The notes: a model not told the origin generated them from the letters alone. A DNA stretch of 37,219 nucleotides from Candidatus Marsarchaeota archaeon (GCA_023379075.1 JAMCSO010000026.1:1-37219); one strand, 5' to 3'; positions 1 through 8,799 are shown, counted from the stretch's first letter. Numbers and translations: made by a program.

Positions 1-492
1 GAATTGTGGGGTGGTGTTTTGGTGGATGATGTTGTTGTAGATCTGTTTGGTAAGCTTCAGGAAGAAAAGAAAACAGGCGAATTATTACAACTGCATTCTG
101 ACTATTATATAAAATTAAATAAACACATTGAAACAAAAAATGATAATTTCTTTGAAAATGGAAAAGATAAAGAAAATATTATTAAAATACTTTCATCTTT
201 GAAAAAAAGAAGAATACAGAAAATACTAGTTTATTTGGCATATGAGAAACCTTTACCTTCCCAGATACCTATTGAAGAAGAAGATTTATATAATCAAATA
301 AAGAAAATAATTAATAAAGAACATGTTTCCAACCCTGTGATAAAGATACGTATAAACGTGCAGGTGCCTGAAATAATAACGAAAGAAGGAACAAAACTCG
401 GTCCTTATAAACAGAATGAAATAGTAGAACTTAATAAAAAAGAAGATATTAATTTTATATTAAGCAATAAAATAGGAGAAATTGTTAATTAA
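1..492 (+). CDS. GINS-family replication protein (Gins51/Gins15-like); frame is open to the window edge, so the 5' end may be truncated
   Basis: ORF 4..492. Helical N-part ('LHSDYYIKL', 'LKKRRIQKIL', 'IEEEDLYNQI') followed by a small C-terminal beta-domain ('IKIRINVQVPEIITKEGTKLGPYKQNEIVEL'), the layout I associate with archaeal GINS51. By-eye recognition only. Confidence 0.5.
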   Translation, partial: ELWGGVLVDDVVVDLFGKLQEEKKTGELLQLHSDYYIKLNKHIETKNDNFFENGKDKENIIKILSSLKKRRIQKILVYLAYEKPLPSQIPIEEEDLYNQIKKIINKEHVSNPVIKIRINVQVPEIITKEGTKLGPYKQNEIVELNKKEDINFILSNKIGEIVN

Positions 493-503
493 TAGGAGAT
501 AAT

Positions 504-785
504 ATGAAAATTCAGAAAGATATAATGACTTTCTGCGCAAATTGCAACAAACACACAAAACACGTCGTTAAGCTCTACAATAAGAAACAGCAACGTGGCT
601 TAAGCATAGGCACCAGAAGGCACAACCGTGCAATCAAAGGCTATGTTGGGAGCGTAGAACCAAAAATACACCCAAAAAAACTGGGCAAAAAACAAAAAGC
701 CCTCTTAGAATGTTCTAACTGCAAAAAATCAAGCGAGAAGATCTTCGGAGGAAGAACGAAGAAAAAATTAGAAATTAAAAGATGA
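504..785 (+). CDS. rpl44e: 50S ribosomal protein L44e (eL42)
   Basis: 93 aa, two CxxC pairs (CANC...CSNC), very basic, 'GTRRHNRAIKGYVG' core. GGAG Shine-Dalgarno-like motif 8 nt upstream of the ATG. Confidence 0.9.
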   Translation: MKIQKDIMTFCANCNKHTKHVVKLYNKKQQRGLSIGTRRHNRAIKGYVGSVEPKIHPKKLGKKQKALLECSNCKKSSEKIFGGRTKKKLEIKR

Positions 786-789
786 ATGA

Positions 790-1551
790 ATGATCATAAA
801 CAAAGAACTCCCCTCAGATGGCGAATTTGTGCTTATAAAAATAAGCAAAATAATGCCTTACGGGGCGTATTGTTCTTTAACTGAGTACAACATGGATGCA
901 TACCTTCCAATATCTGAGATATCTTCTGGCTGGATTAAAAACATTCATGAATTTATAAAAGAAGGACAGCAAGACGTTGCAAAAGTAATATTTGTTGACA
1001 AAGAAAAGAGAGCAGTTGATATATCTCTGAAAAAGATAAATCCGAACGAGAAAAAGGAGAAGATAAACGAATACCGTCTTGAAAAGAGAGCAGAAGGTTT
1101 ATTCAACCAGGCAATAATAGCTACAAAAAACAGCGATAAAAGAGCAGACATAATATCCAAACTCTCAACCAACGCACAGACCTACACTGAGGTAATAAAT
1201 AATTCATATTCTAACAAGGATTCTCTCTCTTCACTGCTCGGCGAACCTTTTAGCAAGATTCTTCATGAAATAGTTGTGAAAAACACAAAACCAAAAGTCT
1301 GCAAAGTTTCATATATTGTAGATATGAAGACCATCGATACTAAATCTGGAATAAGCACCTTAAAGAATATATTTTCAGACATAGAATCTCTGGGGGTCAA
1401 AGTGCTTTATCTTGGCGCACCAAAATACCGCCTCGTAGCCGAAGACAGCACATACCCGAATGCCGAAGCAAAAATCAAAAAAGCACAAAAGATATTCGAG
1501 AAAAACTCAAAGAAGATTATGTTTTCAATAGCAGCAATAAAGTCAGAATAA
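790..1551 (+). CDS. eif2a: translation initiation factor aIF-2 alpha subunit
   Basis: N-terminal S1 domain ('GEFVLIKISKIMPYGAYCSLTEY...AYLPISEISSGWIKNI'), about 250 aa. Sits directly after rpl44e, as in the conserved archaeal cluster. Confidence 0.9.
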   Translation: MIINKELPSDGEFVLIKISKIMPYGAYCSLTEYNMDAYLPISEISSGWIKNIHEFIKEGQQDVAKVIFVDKEKRAVDISLKKINPNEKKEKINEYRLEKRAEGLFNQAIIATKNSDKRADIISKLSTNAQTYTEVINNSYSNKDSLSSLLGEPFSKILHEIVVKNTKPKVCKVSYIVDMKTIDTKSGISTLKNIFSDIESLGVKVLYLGAPKYRLVAEDSTYPNAEAKIKKAQKIFEKNSKKIMFSIAAIKSE

Positions 1552-1607
1552 CTCTTTCTTGCATAATATCTCTTTAATAAGTTATCACGCAAATACTCAT
1601 AAGAGGG

Positions 1608-2375
1608 ATGATCATGCAAAGTACAAAAATTTACTACGACAAAGAACTCAAGCTTAAAGATCCAATAATGATTGTTGGGCTTCCCGGGATTGGGGGTGTT
1701 GGGAGCCTTGTCGCAGAACATCTCAAGAACGAATTCAAAGCAAAGAAATTTGCAACCCTATATTCCCCACATTTTATACACCAGACAATAATGCTGAGCG
1801 ACGGGAGACTTAGGCTTGTAAATAACAGATTTTATCATGCAAATATAGGAAAGAAGGATGTTGTTCTCCTAGTTGGAGATACGCAAGCAACAACCCCTGA
1901 AGGACAATATGAAGTCAATGAAAAAATCGTGAAATTCTTCAAAGCTCTAGGCGGAAAGTCTGTCTACACTGTGGGAGGATACAATATCAGTGGAAATTAT
2001 GTAGATTATCCACGCGTCTTTGGGGTTGCCACTACAAAAAAGATGATAGAATCTTTAAGTGATACTGGAATAATATTCGGAAAAGCAACAGGTGCTGTGT
2101 GGGGGTCTGCAGGGTTAATACCTGCATTCTCAAAAAAATACAATATTGATGCAGCATGTGTTATGGGTGAGACCGGAGCGCTTGAGATAGACGCAAACGC
2201 TGCAAAATCTGTCCTACAAGAACTAAGCAAAATACTGGGTGTCAAGATCAATCTCAATAATATAGATAAAATAAAAAAAGAGACAGAGCGTGTCATCAAA
2301 GAGATGGAAGAAGCCGCAAAGAATATGCCTGAGAATCAACAACCAACCCGCGATAACCTCTCATATATCAGATAA
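1608..2375 (+). CDS. PAC2-family proteasome assembly chaperone-like protein (COG1938)
   Basis: 'PIMIVGLPGIGGVGSLVAEHL' N-terminal motif, about 255 aa. Conserved position after eif2a in archaea. Confidence 0.75.
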   Translation: MIMQSTKIYYDKELKLKDPIMIVGLPGIGGVGSLVAEHLKNEFKAKKFATLYSPHFIHQTIMLSDGRLRLVNNRFYHANIGKKDVVLLVGDTQATTPEGQYEVNEKIVKFFKALGGKSVYTVGGYNISGNYVDYPRVFGVATTKKMIESLSDTGIIFGKATGAVWGSAGLIPAFSKKYNIDAACVMGETGALEIDANAAKSVLQELSKILGVKINLNNIDKIKKETERVIKEMEEAAKNMPENQQPTRDNLSYIR

Positions 2376-2383
2376 TGCTCCAA

Positions 2384-2469
2384 GCGCCAGTAATCTAGCC
2401 TGGTAGGATCTCAGCTTCCCATCCTTAAGGAAAAAGCTGATAGCTCGGGTTCAAATCCCGACTGGCGCA
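2384..2469 (+). tRNA. tRNA-Gly (anticodon CCC) with a 13-nt intron at the canonical 37/38 position (intron about 2422..2434)
   Basis: Hand-folded cloverleaf: acceptor GCGCCAG/CTGGCGC, D-stem ATCT/GGAT, anticodon stem TCAGC/GCTGA enclosing 20 nt (7-nt loop TTCCCA..A plus 13 nt), T-arm TCGGG-TTCAAAT-CCCGA, discriminator A. Confidence 0.8.
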
Positions 2470-2473
2470 GCCA

Positions 2474-2800
2474 TCACAAAAAGTTAAAGAAACTACTGTA
2501 CTCTATAAGATAATATCCAGCATGGGCTGGGTCTGGCGAAAGGCCAAGCATATTAATAATCATTGATACATTCTCCTCCAACACCTTACCGAGCGCCACT
2601 ATCAGTGACATTGTCGGGATATAAATCTGACCAACATTCAGGAAAGACAAACCAGAAAGCCCTTCCAATACGGGCTGTACCTTATTAGCTCCAAGCACAT
2701 CCAAAACCGCATCTGTGTTCTTTCTAAATTCTTCACCACGCTTTTCTCTGATCTTAATAAGCCTTCTTTCAGGATCTCTTCTCTGTAAGTCTTTCCACAA
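2474..2800 (-). CDS. hypothetical protein (TTG start only; possibly the 3' part of a frameshifted gene, see findings)
   Basis: 108-codon ORF with no in-frame ATG near its 5' end and no family recognised. A second 48-codon ORF (2769..2915) overlaps it in another frame. Confidence 0.3.
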   Translation of the reverse strand: MWKDLQRRDPERRLIKIREKRGEEFRKNTDAVLDVLGANKVQPVLEGLSGLSFLNVGQIYIPTMSLIVALGKVLEENVSMIINMLGLSPDPAHAGYYLIEYSSFFNFL

Positions 2801-2972
2801 CTACATTACAGTTATCCATCAGCAAGCTTGAGGCAAGAGCCTCTACCTTCCTCGGGCTCTCCTTAGCATCACTCTTGATAGCTACTGATTGGTCAATTGT
2901 TGGAGTATTGCTCAAAAAGCTTTATAATCCTATACTGCCTACTCTATAATACTAATTATTGGGGTTCATCAA

Positions 2973-3923
2973 ATGCCAAAAGAAAAGAGCATCAAAGAGC
3001 TCGAAGACCTTCCTGGGATAGGCCCTACAACAGCGGAAAAGCTAAAAGAAAACGGATATGACTCTGTTGAAAAAATTGCTGTTGCATCGCCACATGAACT
3101 ATCTGAGCTTGTTGGTCTTAGTGTTGATAACGCAAAGAAAGCGGTAGAAGCTGCCCGCCAAGCAACAACTCTAGAATATAGCACTGGATCCGACTTATAT
3201 AATAAAAGAAAAGCCTTGGGTCGCATCTCAACTAACGCCAAGACGCTTGACGACCTTCTCGGAGGTGGGCTTGAAACAAACGCAATAACAGAAGCGTATG
3301 GGAAGTTCGCATCCGGAAAGACCCAGCTGTCTTTTCAACTATCTGTAAATGTGCAACTTCCACTAGACAAAGGGGGCCTAGCTGGCGCGGTCTTATTTAT
3401 AGATACTGAAGGAACGTTTCGTCCAGAAAGAATAGAATCAATAGCAAAAGCGAAAGAGCTGGATCCCGAACAAGCACTTAATAACATAAAGGTAGTGCGC
3501 ACAGTTACCACTGAACAGCAAATTCTCTCCATAGAGAGAGCAGACAAACTGGTTAGGGATGAAAATATAAAGCTGATTGTTGTTGACTCCATGATGTCTC
3601 TCTTCAGGTCTGAGTTTATTGGGAGGGGGGCTCTAGGAGAAAGGCAGCAAAAGTTAAACTCTCACATCCACAAACTCCAAGCCCTTGCAGATACACATAA
3701 CCTTGCAGTCTATGTCACAAACCAGGTAATGGACAACCCCGCAATACTATTTGGCGATCCAACAACCCCTGTAGGCGGAAACATAATGGCACACGCAGCC
3801 ACAACCCGTCTTTACATGAGGAAATCAAAAGAAGAAAAAAGGATAATACGCCTTGTCGATTCTCCAAACATGCCTGAAGGAGAAGCCGTAATAAAAATAA
3901 CAACGAACGGCATAAGGGATTAA
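2973..3923 (+). CDS. radA: DNA repair and recombination protein RadA
   Basis: N-terminal HhH ('LEDLPGIGPTTAEKLKENGY'), Walker A 'GKFASGKTQL', Walker B 'LIVVDSMMSLFR'. 316 aa. Confidence 0.95.
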   Translation: MPKEKSIKELEDLPGIGPTTAEKLKENGYDSVEKIAVASPHELSELVGLSVDNAKKAVEAARQATTLEYSTGSDLYNKRKALGRISTNAKTLDDLLGGGLETNAITEAYGKFASGKTQLSFQLSVNVQLPLDKGGLAGAVLFIDTEGTFRPERIESIAKAKELDPEQALNNIKVVRTVTTEQQILSIERADKLVRDENIKLIVVDSMMSLFRSEFIGRGALGERQQKLNSHIHKLQALADTHNLAVYVTNQVMDNPAILFGDPTTPVGGNIMAHAATTRLYMRKSKEEKRIIRLVDSPNMPEGEAVIKITTNGIRD

Positions 3924-3934
3924 TCGGGTTCATC

Positions 3935-4687
3935 ATGCTTTTTTTGATAGGTGTTGGATTAGATACTGGGGATATCTCTGTAAAAGGATTAGATCTCATA
4001 AAATCTACAGAACACGTTTGCATAGAGCAATACACAACAAAAATAAGCAGTGAATATCTAAATTACCTTAAGATGGAATCTGGAAAGGACATACTGGAAC
4101 TTTCAAGGAGCGATCTTGAAGAGAAACTCAACAATACACTATCAAAAGCAAAAAGCGCAGATCTAGCGATCCTCTTTCCAGGAGACCCACTAATAGCAAC
4201 GACACACAAGATCATACTTGGCGCTGCCAAAGCGTGCAATATACCTGTACGGGTGCTTCACGCGCCCTCCATCTTAACTGCAGCAATGGGTGAAAGCATG
4301 CTCAATGCGTATCGTTTCGGGCCTACAACAACAATACCCCAATGGACTGAGAAATACATGCCTACCTCTTTTCTTGACGTGATACTTGAGAACAAACGAA
4401 ACGGGCAGCATACCTTGGCACTTCTAGATATAGATCCAAAGACCGGAACCACAATCAGCATTGAAACTGCGATAAATATAATATGCACAGCAGCAGGTCA
4501 GAAGGGTGTGGATCTTACCTCTCAAAGAATGATTGCACTTCTAAACCTTGGCAGGGCGACGCAGAAAGTACTATACCTTCAGCTAGATGATTTGAAAAAA
4601 AAACACATATGTGAAGGTATAGCTTCTTTGATCTTTGTTGGAAAGTTGGGCTTCGAAGAAGAGGAAGCGCTGAAAATATTCACCTAG
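3935..4687 (+). CDS. dph5: diphthine synthase
   Basis: 'MLFLIGVGLDTGDISVKGLDLIKSTEHVCIEQYT' tetrapyrrole-methylase-type N-terminus typical of Dph5. 250 aa. Confidence 0.9.
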   Translation: MLFLIGVGLDTGDISVKGLDLIKSTEHVCIEQYTTKISSEYLNYLKMESGKDILELSRSDLEEKLNNTLSKAKSADLAILFPGDPLIATTHKIILGAAKACNIPVRVLHAPSILTAAMGESMLNAYRFGPTTTIPQWTEKYMPTSFLDVILENKRNGQHTLALLDIDPKTGTTISIETAINIICTAAGQKGVDLTSQRMIALLNLGRATQKVLYLQLDDLKKKHICEGIASLIFVGKLGFEEEEALKIFT

Positions 4688-5729
4688 CCCCAACCCTCCA
4701 GTACTTCATAGTGTATATCAGGGCAGCGGAACCGAACATCTCTACAAACCACACACTTATTATCCTAAAGAATATTGTTATTGTGAGTGCCAATGCAACC
4801 GTTATCTTGTCTGGAAAGAAAAGCACCAGGTATCCCGCAATCGCAGCGTCTGAGATCCCCAACGTGGCTGGGATTCCCGTTATCATTCCGAAGAGCAGCG
4901 CAGACGAGTAGATAAAGACTATTGTGGGCAAGAAGGTGTAACTTATACTAACCCCGAAGCTGAGTATCACCAGGTAGAAAGCCACGCAATTCATCAGCAT
5001 TGACGGGATGGTAAACATCATGGAATAGACATACTCCCTCTTACCAAGCTTTTTATTGTTCTTGAAATAAAGCTCTCCAACCTCAAAGAAGCTTCTGAGT
5101 GCGCGAATGTGGCCAAGTCTCCTTTTAATGTAGCCAAATGGTCTCTGGTTGAAGAGAAAGAAAAACGGCACAAGTAGAAGGAGCGCTATAAAAACAGAAA
5201 AACCCACAAATTTGTCCAGGAGGAATGCGGCACATATACTTATCGTAGCAAAGCCAAGATAATCTGTAAATATGTCTGCAACAACTGCAGGGAACGTGGT
5301 AGCGAACTTTACTCCAGAAATCCTGTTTAGGGTATATGCGGCCACCGCCCTCCCCCACCTTCCTGGAGTAATATCCATCGAGTACATGGAAAGATAAATA
5401 AGAAAGTTGCTTTTCCTATCAACATTTACTTTCAGTTTGTATATATATTCTTCCCATTTTGGAAAACGCAGCAGGTAGCCGCAAAACAAGACAAAGACGG
5501 CAGACAGGTAATAAAGAGGATTTATTGATGCCACGTCTTCCACAAACTTGCCAAAGCCTTCTTTTGACACTGCAATAATTGCCATAACCATAAAAACAAA
5601 AACGCTGGCAACCATGACAATAATGACTGCGTGCCTCGCCCTGTCTATCCTCTTCTTGTAATCTCTCTCCTTTTCTATGCTGCCTATGTTCTCAAGTCCT
5701 GGGGCACGGTCCAATTCCTTTACAGACAT
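4680..5729 (-). CDS. flippase-like / lysylphosphatidylglycerol-synthase-TM-region family membrane protein (UPF0104-like)
   Basis: 349 aa, about 8 predicted TM helices. 'GRWGRAVAAYTLNRISGVKF' resembles COG0392-type proteins. Confidence 0.65.
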   Translation of the reverse strand: MSVKELDRAPGLENIGSIEKERDYKKRIDRARHAVIIVMVASVFVFMVMAIIAVSKEGFGKFVEDVASINPLYYLSAVFVLFCGYLLRFPKWEEYIYKLKVNVDRKSNFLIYLSMYSMDITPGRWGRAVAAYTLNRISGVKFATTFPAVVADIFTDYLGFATISICAAFLLDKFVGFSVFIALLLLVPFFFLFNQRPFGYIKRRLGHIRALRSFFEVGELYFKNNKKLGKREYVYSMMFTIPSMLMNCVAFYLVILSFGVSISYTFLPTIVFIYSSALLFGMITGIPATLGISDAAIAGYLVLFFPDKITVALALTITIFFRIISVWFVEMFGSAALIYTMKYWRVGAR

Positions 5730-5836
5730 ATAAGCTCAACTAACTCCTTTTATATAACATATATTAACATTAACCATTATAATATTACCAATTCTCCAGA
5801 TACGTGAATATTTCCCATAAAACAAAGAAGATCTAT

Positions 5837-6994
5837 ATGCTACTACTCAAAATGGCCCAGAAGCAAAGGATAATTGCAGAAGACCAATCTACGAAAGACA
5901 TACTTAAAAAAGGGTTCTTCGGGAAAGATGCTCCAGACGGCCTTGAACTTAGCATAGAAGAAGCCCTTTATTTGATAGATGTTAGAAACGCATCATGCAC
6001 AAAAGGCAAAAACGAGCTCACATTTAATGATCTTGCTGAGAGATTCTGGAAGAAAAATAAGTTTATTGCAAGATACTTCACTTATAAGGACTGGAGAGAC
6101 AGGGGACTTGTAATAAAGGATCTTTCTTTCAGGTTCAAGGAACCAAACACAACACCCAACAAGGAATATCCTTCGGGAAAGTTGGAGCTTCCACCATACA
6201 AAATCAGAGGAACTTTCTTTAAAACAGACCTAATCTCAATAATTGATGACAAAGAGAAAGGAAAAGAGCTTTATGATACGCTCTGGTTTGGACAATATGG
6301 GTCTTACAAAGCTTCAGACCGCGGCCAACTAAATAAAATGGACATCTTTGAAACGCTCTTCCTTATCGAGAAAGGAATGTTGACCCTCACGAACATCTCA
6401 AAGAAAGACCTTCTTACATACCTCTTATCAAAGAGGAAAGACGCACCCAAGTTATTCGAGGTTTATAAAGACTGGAGGGAAAGAGGATACATAATAAAGA
6501 CCGGCTTTAAATTCGGAACGCACTTCAGGGTATACTTCCCTGGGGCCCACCCAATAAAGAATGATGTAAATGATTGGATTCATTCAAAACATGTCATACA
6601 TGTCTTTCCCAAAGATTCGCGCCTACTAATCTCAGAATGGGCCAGAGCAATACGGGTCGCACACTCTGTGCGAAAGACCTTTATTCTTGCAGTTCCAGGC
6701 AAAACAAAGGAGAAAAAGACACATATAGATTATGTATTATATCACAGGAAAGGCGGCGAAGCAGAAACGCCCCTCACCGGCCCTCCAAAGTATGTGATGC
6801 TCTCACTGAGCGAAGATGAGTACATCGGCGGCAATGAGTTTGCAGGTGCCATAACCGAGGCAAAGAAGAGAAAGGCTGAACTCATACTCGCAATAGCAGA
6901 CAGGGAAACCTCTGTTACTTATTATAAGGTAAGGCAGATCCGGCTCCCAAGCAGCGACAACGATTATTACGAGATTGATTGGCTCCAGCCATAA
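5837..6994 (+). CDS. endA: tRNA-splicing endonuclease, long three-unit-like form
   Basis: Catalytic block 'GFKFGTHFRVY' (6503..6535) plus downstream His ('HSKHVIHVF') and Lys ('AHSVRKTF'). Duplicated 'YKDWR[DE]RG' N-domain ends. Extra C-terminal unit '...AIADRETSVTYYKV'. First ATG at 5837 (alternative 5852; the ORF opens at GTG 5804). Confidence 0.85.
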   Translation: MLLLKMAQKQRIIAEDQSTKDILKKGFFGKDAPDGLELSIEEALYLIDVRNASCTKGKNELTFNDLAERFWKKNKFIARYFTYKDWRDRGLVIKDLSFRFKEPNTTPNKEYPSGKLELPPYKIRGTFFKTDLISIIDDKEKGKELYDTLWFGQYGSYKASDRGQLNKMDIFETLFLIEKGMLTLTNISKKDLLTYLLSKRKDAPKLFEVYKDWRERGYIIKTGFKFGTHFRVYFPGAHPIKNDVNDWIHSKHVIHVFPKDSRLLISEWARAIRVAHSVRKTFILAVPGKTKEKKTHIDYVLYHRKGGEAETPLTGPPKYVMLSLSEDEYIGGNEFAGAITEAKKRKAELILAIADRETSVTYYKVRQIRLPSSDNDYYEIDWLQP

Positions 6995-7060
6995 CTCCAC
7001 TATTCACAAAAATATCAAAAGGCTTTAAATCTTAATGTGTATTGGATACTAGGCGATCTT

Positions 7061-7342
7061 ATGAAGCTATCTGAAATATATAGGATGGATATATACAGCG
7101 ACTCAGGCCAGTACCTCGGAGAGGTTCAGGATGTAATAGTGGATCTCGAGATGGGGGAAGTGAGCAGGCTACTAATGGTTCCTTGGAAGAATGCAAAAAA
7201 TGATGCACGGGGAGCCCTAAAGCAGAATAGCATACTTTACAAAAACGTTAAGAATGTTGGTGATGTCGTCCTCGTATCTTCTCCAAATCCTATGCGCGGC
7301 GAATCTACGACAAACGAAGAAGTCAATGATCTTTCAAGGTAA
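7061..7342 (+). CDS. PRC-barrel domain protein
   Basis: 'IYSDSGQYLGEVQDVIVDLEMGEVSRLLM' PRC-barrel-like motif. Start taken as ATG 7061. Confidence 0.65.
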   Translation: MKLSEIYRMDIYSDSGQYLGEVQDVIVDLEMGEVSRLLMVPWKNAKNDARGALKQNSILYKNVKNVGDVVLVSSPNPMRGESTTNEEVNDLSR

Positions 7343-7360
7343 ACCAAGAATCCCTGGTTT

Positions 7361-7909
7361 CTATTCCTTCTTTTTTATTACTTTCGGTACGCGTATTCCT
7401 CTCTGCCTTAAGTAAGAGCCTTTGTATGCATTCTTAACTCTATTCAATGTTGTTGCAAAGATCACATGGGCAAATCGCGTTCCAGGCCTCAATAATATTG
7501 CATGTTCACTGCTGTTGTAAACATCAAGCGTCACAGTGCCAGCAAAACCCGCATCTATTATTGTCGGCGGCAGGATGAGGCCGTGCCTGGCCCACGTGCT
7601 TCTTAGCTCAACAAAACCCATAAGGTTATCTGGCAGCCCGACATGCTCTATCGTAGACGCAAGAACTTGGGTCTTGGCAGGAATTATCAGTTCTTCGTCG
7701 TTCTTCTCTATTATATATGCCTTCTTAACATGCGCCACATTTGAGGGATCCAGCACAAAATCCTTATTCAATTTTGGATTATGTCTTGCTATCTCGTTTG
7801 CCAATCTAAGATCAAGTCCATTCTCTCTGATGGTCTCTTTGCTCATTGGCTCTATAATTAGCCTTTTGTGTTTGATGTAGCTCTCAAGATCAAAGTCCGA
7901 CAATATCAT
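7361..7909 (-). CDS. dcd: dCTP deaminase (dUTPase-superfamily)
   Basis: 'MILSDFDLESYIK...IIEP', 'ENGLDLRL', 'PTIIDAGFAGTVTLDVYN'. Start taken as ATG 7909. Confidence 0.9.
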   Translation of the reverse strand: MILSDFDLESYIKHKRLIIEPMSKETIRENGLDLRLANEIARHNPKLNKDFVLDPSNVAHVKKAYIIEKNDEELIIPAKTQVLASTIEHVGLPDNLMGFVELRSTWARHGLILPPTIIDAGFAGTVTLDVYNSSEHAILLRPGTRFAHVIFATTLNRVKNAYKGSYLRQRGIRVPKVIKKKE

Positions 7910-7937
7910 GGTAACCAATAACTTCTAGTTGAACGCA

Positions 7938-7950
7938 TTTATATATTTTT
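7938..7950. promoter_or_regulatory. AT-rich TATA-like element shared by the divergent dcd and tmk genes
   Basis: TTTATATATTTTT lies about 30 nt from the dcd ATG (7909) and upstream of the tmk starts (7959/7986). Position only. Confidence 0.3.
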
Positions 7951-7985
7951 GGGAAGCAATGGTATCGTCAATTGGGGGTGGTTTC

Positions 7986-8576
7986 ATGTTCTTGGTTCTT
8001 GAAGGAATTGACGGCGCAGGTAAGACCACACACGCAAAGATGTTGCACGAGTATTTCAGATCCAAGAGCCAGAAATGTGTCCTGACAGACGAGCCAACCT
8101 CCGGAACAATAGGCATAATAATAAAGGGCTTCCTCAGGCAAAAGTCTGGGATAAGCCCAACCGCACTTCAGCTGCTCTTTGCTTCTGACAGAGCTGAGCA
8201 CGTCGAGAAATTCATAGTCCCAGAGCTTAAATCCGGAACCAATATAATAATGGATAGGTACGTGGCATCTACTGTAGCATACGGAACTGCATCTGGTCTT
8301 GATAAAGAGTGGCTAATAAGCATCAACAGCAAGTTCAGGACGCCTGACATTACTCTGCTTCTTGACATAGACCCAAAAGTCTCCATGAAACGAAAGTTTC
8401 CAAACCAGGACGAGAGCGAGGTCGAGCTCTTCGAGAGCGTATCTCTATTGGAAAAGGTGAGAAATACCTACCTCGAGCTCGCAAAGGTCTACGATAACTA
8501 TTTTATAATTGATGCCTCCAAAAGCAAAGATGCAGTTGAACAAGCCATCTTAAATAAGATTGAGCACATACTATAA
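7986..8576 (+). CDS. tmk: thymidylate kinase
   Basis: P-loop 'LEGIDGAGKTTHAKML', 'DRY' motif ('IMDRYVASTVAYG'). ATG 7986 preceded by GGGGGTGG; alternative ATG 7959. Confidence 0.85.
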   Translation: MFLVLEGIDGAGKTTHAKMLHEYFRSKSQKCVLTDEPTSGTIGIIIKGFLRQKSGISPTALQLLFASDRAEHVEKFIVPELKSGTNIIMDRYVASTVAYGTASGLDKEWLISINSKFRTPDITLLLDIDPKVSMKRKFPNQDESEVELFESVSLLEKVRNTYLELAKVYDNYFIIDASKSKDAVEQAILNKIEHIL

Positions 8577-8590
8577 TTATATTTTTAGAC

Positions 8591-8665
8591 GCTCCCATCG
8601 TCCAGCCCGGCTAAGGACGCGGGGCTTTCAACCCTGAAACTCGGGTTCAAATCCCGATGGGAGCA
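8591..8665 (+). tRNA. tRNA-Glu (anticodon UUC)
   Basis: Hand-folded: acceptor GCTCCCA/TGGGAGC, D-stem GTCC/GGAC, anticodon stem CGGGG/CCCTG with loop CTTTCAA, T-arm TCGGG-TTCAAAT-CCCGA, discriminator A. 75 nt. Confidence 0.9.
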
Positions 8666-8799
8666 CTCGAACTTCGGGGTTATATCTAGAAACCCGGCAT
8701 GTTTTTGTCTGATTGCACATATTAATTATAAGAAACAGAAAGAGAATACCATTACGGACAACACAAACAAAGATAAATGTAATTTTCCAATTCAATTGG

